Shown: piece after piece, positions 1 through 7,617 of the stretch | Position numbering within the stretch: position 1 is the stretch's first letter | How the letters are laid out: every line of letters starts with the position of its first letter | Origin: an uncultured Pseudomonadales bacterium | Lineage (GTDB): Bacteria > Patescibacteriota > Microgenomatia > UBA1400 > PJMF01 | DNA: 56,445 bases | NCBI GenBank assembly: GCA_964433225.1 | Contig: CAYSQA010000003.1 | Location: forward strand, 1 to 56,445 | Reading direction: 5' to 3' | Position numbers and translations under genes: made by a program | The notes under the pieces: model-generated | Told to the model about the DNA's origin: nothing | Database searches by the model: none | Seen by the model: the letters and a program-made list of their open reading frames with translations, nothing else

Positions 1-6
1 TCCGCC

Positions 7-42
7 AGATAAAAAAATTGGCTTTTGCCAATTTTTTTATCT
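7..42. terminator. Bidirectional intrinsic terminator-like hairpin (AGATAAAAAAATTGGC tttt GCCAATTTTTTTATCT)
   Basis: Perfect 16-nt inverted repeat with a 4-nt loop. The GC core TTGGC/GCCAA is flanked by A7 on one side and T7 on the other. Confidence 0.6.
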
Positions 43-203
43 GAATGGGATAGGTGATGGTTTTTCTCAATCCTGCCGGCAAGCGAACATAATACTCTTG
101 TTTTAGTTGAGTTTGCGAAGCGCCTGCCTAATGCACGCGAAGCGGGCCACCCCTTCCGCTCATACAAGAAAATTTTCAATCTATCACTTATAATATCCTT
201 TAG

Positions 204-596
204 ATGATTACCCCAAAATTCTCAGATAACTCTCTTGTTGTATATCAGGATGGTATTTATAGAATTTTGGGTTTGGCTAGTGATGGTCCTGGTTACCACT
301 ACAAATTGCTTTTGCTTGCCTATCAGAGAGATATGGAGCCAGCTGAATTTCATCAGGAAACCATCACCCCTCAACAGATCAATGTTGAAGAATCTTTGTT
401 GAGTGAATTTAAAGATAAAGCTCCCAGATTCAAGTTTGGTGAAGGGGTAAGACTAAATGGAGAAATAAACTGTCTTGTTAAGTTTGTAGAATATAAAAAT
501 TATAAATATTATTATGTAGTTAGAGAGAAGGTTCATTGGAGTAGTGAACTTCAGGGTGGTTGGGAAGTTGAAGAAAGTTATTTACAAAAATGGTGA
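204..596 (+). CDS. Hypothetical protein (130 aa)
   Basis: Intact ORF in a compact same-strand series. No motif recognised. Confidence 0.55.
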   Translation: MITPKFSDNSLVVYQDGIYRILGLASDGPGYHYKLLLLAYQRDMEPAEFHQETITPQQINVEESLLSEFKDKAPRFKFGEGVRLNGEINCLVKFVEYKNYKYYYVVREKVHWSSELQGGWEVEESYLQKW

Positions 597-614
597 AGAT
601 ATTTTTTAGAATTA

Positions 615-1268
615 ATGAAAATGAGAGAAACTTGGTCAAATAGTAGCGCAGATAGTTTGAGTCATACAGAAATGTATATTGCTCAATTTGGGCATGTTTA
701 TGAAAACATTGGTTTAAAAACAACTGATTTTAGAGGAACAGTTTTGACAGCTGGAGTGGGTGGAATGTTTCCAGAAAGATTTTTTATTTGTTCTCCAGAA
801 TCTAAATATAGGCACCTTTATCCAGGTGTAGATAAATTAGTGTTATGTGATGAGAACTATTATCCAAGATTTAAGGTTTTTGATGAAGAAATTAACCATC
901 AAATCTTATATGAAGAGGGAGAACAAGAAATAGCTCTTGGTAGAGTTGTTTCGCTCCAGGATTCTATTTGGAGAATTTTACAGTTTACTGATTTGAATTA
1001 TGATGCTCTTACTTTTTGTCGAATTCCAGACTTACCAGACCAGTTGGGTTATGAAAACTTACTATTACTAGTCAGTAAATTGAACGCTGGTGGATTGGCT
1101 TTGCTTTCTGGTTCATTTAAATATCAGGGGATTGATTTAAACCAAATAGTCAAAACTTTAAATTCAATCAAAGGAATTAATGCTACTTTAAAGCAACTAA
1201 CAGATGGTGGTGACTTGTGTAATGTTGGTTATGGTGGCCACTATGGAGTGGTTATTAGAAAAGGTTAA
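615..1268 (+). CDS. Hypothetical protein with weak class I SAM-methyltransferase-like pattern
   Basis: VLTAGVGGM resembles methyltransferase motif I (VLDLGCGxG) in degenerate form. LLLVSKLNAGGLALLSG resembles the post-motif LKPGG strand. Starts 19 nt after the previous ORF. Confidence 0.5.
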   Translation: MKMRETWSNSSADSLSHTEMYIAQFGHVYENIGLKTTDFRGTVLTAGVGGMFPERFFICSPESKYRHLYPGVDKLVLCDENYYPRFKVFDEEINHQILYEEGEQEIALGRVVSLQDSIWRILQFTDLNYDALTFCRIPDLPDQLGYENLLLLVSKLNAGGLALLSGSFKYQGIDLNQIVKTLNSIKGINATLKQLTDGGDLCNVGYGGHYGVVIRKG

Positions 1269-1289
1269 TTTTTAGTAGATTTAAGATTT

Positions 1290-2390
1290 ATGGCTCCAAT
1301 TCAACCAGTTGGTTGGTGGTATTACCTAACTAACCAAACCACTTTTCCACCAGTTAATTTGGCTCATTTTTTTTATCTTTCATGGGAAGATGCTCTTTGG
1401 GATTTACTTAAATATTTTGGTTATCAAGCTGGTTCAATAATTTTAGTGCCTGATTTTTATTGTGATGATGTAGTAAAAAACATGAGCGCTCATGGTTTAA
1501 TTGTTAAAACTTATCCTGTTGATCGAGGTTTTCAAACTTCGGTAAAAATTTTTAAACAATATCTAAAAAAATACCAACCAGATTTAGTGGTAATTTTTCA
1601 CGCAGTTGGCATTACAAATAAACTTTTGAATAAGGCAGAAAAATGGCTTGATGTTTTACCTAAAAATAGTTTGTTAATTGAAGACTCAGTTCATCGTGTT
1701 ATTGATTCAAAGAAAATTTCTTTAATTACTGAGCGTCATGTAATAATTGATAGTTTGAGGAAAGTAGTTCCCCTTCAAGGTAGCAATCTCTATGGTCCAA
1801 AGAGTTTATTATCAGCATTAAAACCAACTCCTATTAATCAGACATTAATTTATCGGTTAAAAGTCCTATGGTGGTGGATTTTATTTCAATGTTGTTTATT
1901 AATGGTTTTAGTTTTACCTTTTCAAAAATGGCAGCAGTGGTGGAACAAATTAGCTGAACTGACAATGCTGGTTGGCTACGACCATATCGGAGATAGTCAG
2001 CTGGCTGGTAGCGGTTTTAGTTTTTTTAAAAATCTAAGTTTTAAAATTAACCATCAACATATTTTTATTACCAAGGTCAACCAAGTTGAACTTTACCAAA
2101 AGCTATTAGAACCACTTTGGCAGTCTAAACAATTTTTTAGAATTAATTTTGCTCAAAGAGATTATGGAAAACTTAGAGCTTTTCCTGTTGGTCTATTTCT
2201 TGATGATGCTGTAGAAATTTTAAACAAGTTAAGATCAAATGGTTTGATGGTTCGATTTGAGTTAGATAATTTTGGTTGGACTAAAAGACAAAAAGTTATT
2301 TATTTGCCACTAGGTCCTCATCTAAAAGAAAAAGATATTTTTAAAATTTCACAAATATTTTTAACAGTTGTTTTTAATAAAAAATTTTAG
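1290..2390 (+). CDS. Divergent DegT/DnrJ/EryC1-like (PLP aminotransferase fold) protein
   Basis: ILVPDFYCDDVV, LIEDSVHRV and SLRKVVP (candidate PLP lysine) occur in the order and spacing seen in sugar aminotransferases. The C-terminal half is divergent. Confidence 0.45.
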   Translation: MAPIQPVGWWYYLTNQTTFPPVNLAHFFYLSWEDALWDLLKYFGYQAGSIILVPDFYCDDVVKNMSAHGLIVKTYPVDRGFQTSVKIFKQYLKKYQPDLVVIFHAVGITNKLLNKAEKWLDVLPKNSLLIEDSVHRVIDSKKISLITERHVIIDSLRKVVPLQGSNLYGPKSLLSALKPTPINQTLIYRLKVLWWWILFQCCLLMVLVLPFQKWQQWWNKLAELTMLVGYDHIGDSQLAGSGFSFFKNLSFKINHQHIFITKVNQVELYQKLLEPLWQSKQFFRINFAQRDYGKLRAFPVGLFLDDAVEILNKLRSNGLMVRFELDNFGWTKRQKVIYLPLGPHLKEKDIFKISQIFLTVVFNKKF

Positions 2391-2502
2391 CTTGATAATT
2401 TAAGTTTTTTAGCTGCTTGCAAAAAGTACATTAGTATCTATATACTCAAACCCTGGTTATGTTTTTATTTATTTTGACCAGAAAAATTTTTTAAGTGTTA
2501 CT

Positions 2503-2527
2503 TCCGCCTAATAGGCGGATTTTTTTT
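2503..2527 (+). terminator. Intrinsic terminator after the 204-2390 gene series
   Basis: TCCGCCTA-A-TAGGCGGA hairpin followed by T8. Confidence 0.7.
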
Positions 2528-2558
2528 GGCAAAAAATTAATTTAGAAAGGATTCGCTG

Positions 2559-4589
2559 ATGGTATTGGCAGCAGAAAAAGAACAAAAGAGAAAAACTCAT
2601 TATGAAAAAAGAAGAGAATTAATTGAGCTCCAACAACAACTAATTATGGATATTCAGCCCACGATGGATCTGGAGTATCGGGTTGAAGGAGATGAACCAT
2701 TGTTAGTACTTTTAATTGGAGATTTACATATTGGTCATGCTGCAACTGATTACGAGGAGCTAAAAAAACTTCGTGATTTTTTGTTGGAAGATGATGAGAT
2801 TGTTGTTGGCTATGATGAGGCTGGAAAGCCAATTGTTTTTGATACTAGCAATGTCAAAATTGTTTTTTTGGGAGATGAAATTGAAGGTGTTAAAAGCAAA
2901 TATTTAACCACTAATATGACTGGTTTGAATATGCATCTTCAGGAGCAACTTAATTATTTTCGTGATGAAATCTTAAGGCCACTAGCTGATGCAGGCAAAG
3001 TGATTGGTATGGTTAGTCATTATTGGGGCCATCCTGGTTGGGCTCATGAGTCTACTACGATTGATCCTTGGGCTATATTGGCTGAAGCTTGTAATGTTGA
3101 CACTATTTTGAACGGTGGTCAAGTGACTTTTGTATTTGCTGATGGACAGCAGTCAGTTTTAGAAACAAGACATAATCCTACCAGTAAAAGCAAATATGAT
3201 GCTTTGCATGGTAATAGAGAAGAACTACTTAAAAAGTCTGAAGCTAATAGGCCAGCAGGAGCGGCTTCTGCCCACATTCACCAGTTGGCTGTAGGCAAAG
3301 AACATCATGCTGGTTCATCTTTTCCAATTTACATGGTGTCGTCTGGAACAATTAAGTCGGTTAATAAAAGTTTGCCAGTTGATCAATTTGGGGTGAGATT
3401 GGGTAGGCCTTATACAACTGGTAAAGGAATGACTAGTGTATTAATGACCAGACCAGTAGGTAAATATAAAAATCGTTCAAAAGAAGTAGTTCATACTCCA
3501 TTGCCAACTTTGGGGCATGCAGATTTAGCTCAAAGAGGTTTGGGTCTGTTAAATAGTACTGAAAAACAAGGCATGACTGCCGAGCTAAGAGAGTTGGTTC
3601 TGGCTGAATTTGGAACTGAGCCAAATATTGAGTGGGATATTTTTGCGTCTGCCGAAACACCTGAAGAGATGGAAAGTCTGCCAAATAAAAAAGCTTTGAA
3701 AATACTTGAAGAAAAAGGTCATAACGGTGATGATTTGAAAAGAGAGCCTGTTTATTCTCATCTCAAATTTAACATTGAAACAGAATTACCGATTTTATTA
3801 CAACTTATTTCTAATGTGAGGATTGGTAGCAATGAACAGACAGATGGTTTTAATAGAGCGAATAAATTTCAACGTGATTTTGTGATTAACAACCCTCATG
3901 CTGTGGTTATTTATTTAAGAAACTTGATTGATAGTACGGTTGGGAAACTAGCCAACCGCAGAGAGGTTTTAGATAAGACGGCAAGATTTATTTCAAGATC
4001 AGAAGAGAAGGGTTTGGCCTTATTATTAGATTCAAATTTAAGGGATGAAAACTGGAAAAATGGAGAGGATCCAATCGCTCCAGGAAGTTACTTGGCTCGT
4101 CATGCCGATATTCCACTTATTCATCACTTATCTACAATCGAGCTAGCAGTTGGGCCAGAGGCTGCTTTGCCTTATACTCTGGCGGTTTTGGATAAACTTG
4201 GCAATCATGGTTCATTTTCCAAGCCAACCTTTGGTTTAAAAAGAAATTATGATCTTTATATGCATGATAAACCAGGTATTGTGGTTGGTGGGCATATGCA
4301 GAATGCTGGTACGCAGATGTTTCATGATCCATTTAACGATGAAACTGAATACCCAGTTTTAGTAGCTCCTGGTTGGTGGGCAGGTAATGTTGATACCATG
4401 GGTAAAGGGAATGTTAGCTCTGGAGCAGATCCTGGCCAAGGAGTGATTTTATTTCCTCAAGAAAGTAAAAGTGACTATTTAGCATATCCGACAGCCAATA
4501 AAGAAGAAAGCAATCTTTTGTTTGATGCTTTTTTGTTACTGGTTGGTTTGGAAAAACTAGGTATGCTTGAAAAAGTAAAAGGAGAATAA
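2559..4589 (+). CDS. Metallophosphoesterase-like protein with an apparent degenerate second copy (676 aa)
   Basis: LLIGDLHIGH (DxH), VFLGDEIEG (GD) and SAHIHQL follow calcineurin-like phosphoesterase motif order. The C-terminal half (LLQLISNVRIGSN ... VGGHMQNAG) resembles a degenerate repeat. Confidence 0.55.
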   Translation: MVLAAEKEQKRKTHYEKRRELIELQQQLIMDIQPTMDLEYRVEGDEPLLVLLIGDLHIGHAATDYEELKKLRDFLLEDDEIVVGYDEAGKPIVFDTSNVKIVFLGDEIEGVKSKYLTTNMTGLNMHLQEQLNYFRDEILRPLADAGKVIGMVSHYWGHPGWAHESTTIDPWAILAEACNVDTILNGGQVTFVFADGQQSVLETRHNPTSKSKYDALHGNREELLKKSEANRPAGAASAHIHQLAVGKEHHAGSSFPIYMVSSGTIKSVNKSLPVDQFGVRLGRPYTTGKGMTSVLMTRPVGKYKNRSKEVVHTPLPTLGHADLAQRGLGLLNSTEKQGMTAELRELVLAEFGTEPNIEWDIFASAETPEEMESLPNKKALKILEEKGHNGDDLKREPVYSHLKFNIETELPILLQLISNVRIGSNEQTDGFNRANKFQRDFVINNPHAVVIYLRNLIDSTVGKLANRREVLDKTARFISRSEEKGLALLLDSNLRDENWKNGEDPIAPGSYLARHADIPLIHHLSTIELAVGPEAALPYTLAVLDKLGNHGSFSKPTFGLKRNYDLYMHDKPGIVVGGHMQNAGTQMFHDPFNDETEYPVLVAPGWWAGNVDTMGKGNVSSGADPGQGVILFPQESKSDYLAYPTANKEESNLLFDAFLLLVGLEKLGMLEKVKGE

Positions 4590-4592
4590 TTA

Positions 4593-5222
4593 ATGAAAAA
4601 ACTTCACTTGGTAGAACATCCGTTTGTAGTTGACTCACTTAGCCATTTAAGGGATCAACGAACTTCTTTAGAAAAATTCAGAGAATATTCTGATCGTATT
4701 TGTAGTTTTTTATTTGCTGAAGCTGTAGCTGGTTTGACTTTTAGAAAAGAACAAATTTCTACACCATTAGCAAAAATTAATGTCGCCAAAATCAATGATG
4801 AAATTATTATTATTCCGGTGCTTAGGTCTGGAATAGCAATGTTATTTGGTGCCATGAAACTTTTGCCCAGGATTAAGGTTGGTTTTGTTGGAATGGAAAG
4901 AAATGAAGAAACAGCTGTTGCTAGAGAATATTATTGGAAGTTGCCCAAAATAACTTCTAATTCAGTCGTGATTATTACCGATCCGATGTTAGCCACAGGT
5001 GGCTCAATTGCTCATTTGATTAATAAGGTTATTAAAGAGAAACCAAAAGCGATTAGAATCGTGAGTGTAGTGGCTGCTCCAGAAGGAATTGATCGTTTGA
5101 AAAAAGAATTTCCCAAACTGGATTTAGAGATTTTTGTGGCTGCAGTTGATGAGCAGTTGAATAATAAAAAATACATTGTTCCAGGTCTAGGTGACTATGG
5201 AGATCGTTATTTTGGTACCTAA
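4593..5222 (+). CDS. upp: Uracil phosphoribosyltransferase
   Basis: N-terminal HPFVVDSLSHLRD, PRPP loop VIITDPMLATGGS and C-terminal YIVPGLGDYGDRYFGT. Confidence 0.93.
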   Translation: MKKLHLVEHPFVVDSLSHLRDQRTSLEKFREYSDRICSFLFAEAVAGLTFRKEQISTPLAKINVAKINDEIIIIPVLRSGIAMLFGAMKLLPRIKVGFVGMERNEETAVAREYYWKLPKITSNSVVIITDPMLATGGSIAHLINKVIKEKPKAIRIVSVVAAPEGIDRLKKEFPKLDLEIFVAAVDEQLNNKKYIVPGLGDYGDRYFGT

Positions 5223-5228
5223 TTGTTT

Positions 5229-6416
5229 TTAAGTCTGATTTAGTACTGCTGTTGCCACTTTTTCTGCCAGTTTTTCGGTGAAGACACTTGGAATAATTTG
5301 GTCTACACTCGGATTTTTTACCAGTTTGGCAATTTCATCAGAAGCGGCTTGTTTCATTTCGTAGGTAATCTTGGTAAGTTTACCTTGAACAACAGCTTTA
5401 AATATTCCAGGGAAAGCTAAGACATTATTAATTTGATTAGCAAAATCACTTCTGCCGGTTGCGATAATAAAAGCGCCAGCCTTTAGCGCTTCTGCTGGCA
5501 TTATCTCCGGAGTTGGATTAGCCAAAGCAAAAACTATTGGTTTATCATTCATATTTTTAATAGTTGTGGTTGAAATTGATCCGGGACCAGAAACACCAAT
5601 CACTACATCAAAACCTTTGAGAGCTTGTTCTGGTGAACCAGCCCTTTTTTCTTTATTAGACAAACCAGCGACAGCTTGTTTATAGATGTTTTGTTTGTTT
5701 CTTCCTACAACTAGAGCTCCTTGACGGTCAAAAACGATTACATCTGCAACTGGTTTGGCAGCTTTAACTTGTGAACAAGAGTCAGAGTTACAGTTTAGTC
5801 CCAAGATCATTCTGGCAATGGCCAAACCAGCCGAGCCAGCCCCGATAATACCCACTTTCAATGATTCATATGGTTTGTTAACTACTTTAGCAGCATTGAG
5901 TAGGGCTGCTCTTACCACAATGGCTGTTCCATGCTGGTCGTCATGAAAAACTGGAATCCCGAGATCTTGGAGTGATTCTTCAACCTGGAAACAAGCTGGA
6001 GCTGCAATATCTTCAAGATTGATACCAGCGAAAGTAGGAGCGACTTGTTTAACAAACCTAATGATTTCTCTTGGGTCTTGGGTGTTAATTACCAATGGAA
6101 AAGCATCAACTTCACCAAATTGTTTGATTAGTAAAGCCTTGCCTTCCATTACTGGTAAGGCAGCTTCTGCGCCAATGTTTCCTAAGCCCAAAACAGCAGA
6201 GCCATCTGAGATGACAGCAACGGTTCTACCTTTGAGGGTATAGTCATAGGCTAGTTTTTTGTCTTTGGCAATAACTCGGCAGGGCTCTGCTACTCCAGGA
6301 GTATAAGCTAAAGATAAGTTTTGTTTGTCGGTTAATTTACCGACGATACTGTCAGTTTTTAGTTTACCAATGTGTTGTTTGTGGTAAGTAAGTGATTCCT
6401 GGTAGATGTTTTTCAT
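5229..6416 (-). CDS. NAD(P)-dependent malic enzyme (short form, no PTA domain)
   Basis: LSLAYTPGVAEPC, VAVISDGSAVLGLGNIG, FAGINLEDIAAP and GAGSAG Rossmann motif. Confidence 0.9.
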   Translation of the reverse strand: MKNIYQESLTYHKQHIGKLKTDSIVGKLTDKQNLSLAYTPGVAEPCRVIAKDKKLAYDYTLKGRTVAVISDGSAVLGLGNIGAEAALPVMEGKALLIKQFGEVDAFPLVINTQDPREIIRFVKQVAPTFAGINLEDIAAPACFQVEESLQDLGIPVFHDDQHGTAIVVRAALLNAAKVVNKPYESLKVGIIGAGSAGLAIARMILGLNCNSDSCSQVKAAKPVADVIVFDRQGALVVGRNKQNIYKQAVAGLSNKEKRAGSPEQALKGFDVVIGVSGPGSISTTTIKNMNDKPIVFALANPTPEIMPAEALKAGAFIIATGRSDFANQINNVLAFPGIFKAVVQGKLTKITYEMKQAASDEIAKLVKNPSVDQIIPSVFTEKLAEKVATAVLNQT

Positions 6417-6447
6417 ATTTTAAAGAGATATATTTATATTAAGAATC

Positions 6448-6933
6448 ATGATTATAAACTCAATAAAAAATAATTTGTCAATTGTTTTGGCCAAAGAAAA
6501 TGATTGGTCAAAAATTCAAGAGTTAAATAACTTTGTATTTTTAAATGATGCACCCCATGACAGTGATATTGATTTAAATTGGCCTTTTTCCAAAAAAGGA
6601 GTTACTTATTATAAAAAATTGGCAGCTGGTAGCTATGGCGTATGTTACTTAGCAAAGATTAAAGAATTAGTAGTTGGCTATATCGCTTTAGCTGAAAAAG
6701 ATTTCGGTTATCGTCATAGTCTTTATTTAGAAATAGAGAATATTGGAGTTCATCCAGAATATCGATCCAAAGGAATTGGTCAGTTATTAATTAATCAAGC
6801 AACCAAGTGTGCCAAAGTCAAAAAAATCAAAAAACTTTACGTAGCTGCCTATTGGAAAAATAAAAAAGCAATCAGTTTTTATAAAAGAAATGGTTTTTCA
6901 GAAATTGGTTTAGAGTTGGAAAGAATTCTCTAA
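6448..6933 (+). CDS. GNAT family N-acetyltransferase
   Basis: IGVHPEYRSKGIGQLLI acetyl-CoA loop (R-x-x-G-x-G) and C-terminal FYKRNGF. Confidence 0.85.
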   Translation: MIINSIKNNLSIVLAKENDWSKIQELNNFVFLNDAPHDSDIDLNWPFSKKGVTYYKKLAAGSYGVCYLAKIKELVVGYIALAEKDFGYRHSLYLEIENIGVHPEYRSKGIGQLLINQATKCAKVKKIKKLYVAAYWKNKKAISFYKRNGFSEIGLELERIL

Positions 6934-7093
6934 ATGTTTTTCTAGTAGCTAATTTATAATTATAGGTTATAATGGTGTTTCTGACTGAACGGCAGTTCTT
7001 AGATTTTTAAAAGACACTAAGCATTTTGTCCGGTTTTATTTGAAAGAGTCTGTAGGATTAAGTCAGCTACAGTGACTCAAAAAAGAGGACAAT

Positions 7094-7483
7094 ATGTTTA
7101 CCTCTCAAGATAGTACTAATCAAGCACAGGATCCAAGCAAACTTTACGTTGGCAATCTTGTATATTCTTTGACAGAAGAAGAGCTTAGCGATATGTTTGG
7201 TCAATATGGCCAAGTTGAGGAATGTAAATTAATTACAGACTTCAGAACAGGTCGTTCCAAAGGTTTCGCCTTTGTTAAGTTCGCTTCCGCAGAAGATGCA
7301 GCCAAAGCTATGGAACAGCTTAATGACCAGGATGTTCAAGGTCGTAAGTTGTTTATTAAGATCGCTCAACCTCCAAAGCCTAGAGAAGATCGTGGCGACA
7401 GAGGTGGTTTCCGTGGTGGAGACCGTCGTGGTGGTTTCGGTGGCAGATCCGGTGGTTTTGATAGATCTAGAAGAGATCGCTAA
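7094..7483 (+). CDS. RRM-type RNA-binding protein with C-terminal RGG tail
   Basis: RNP2 LYVGNL, RNP1 KGFAFVKF, then GDRGGFRGGDRRGGFGGRSGGF. Confidence 0.92.
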   Translation: MFTSQDSTNQAQDPSKLYVGNLVYSLTEEELSDMFGQYGQVEECKLITDFRTGRSKGFAFVKFASAEDAAKAMEQLNDQDVQGRKLFIKIAQPPKPREDRGDRGGFRGGDRRGGFGGRSGGFDRSRRDR

Positions 7484-7513
7484 TTAAATTAGCTAATCAT
7501 TGAAACTAAAAAA

Positions 7514-7539
7514 CCCCTGGCTTTTTGCCAGGGGTTTTT
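7514..7539 (+). terminator. Intrinsic terminator after the RRM gene
   Basis: CCCCTGGC ttttt GCCAGGGG followed by T5. Confidence 0.85.
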
Positions 7540-7617
7540 GTCTATTTATTTTCTAAAAACTTTAAATACAATAATAACTCATTAGTAACTGTGTGGGCAT
7601 TGAGGTAAAGCCCATCG

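Noticed and set aside
7272-7487. 71-aa alternative-frame ORF over the RGG tail of the RRM gene.
   Set aside because: It is a repetitive out-of-frame translation of the GGT/CGT-rich repeat with no independent start signals.
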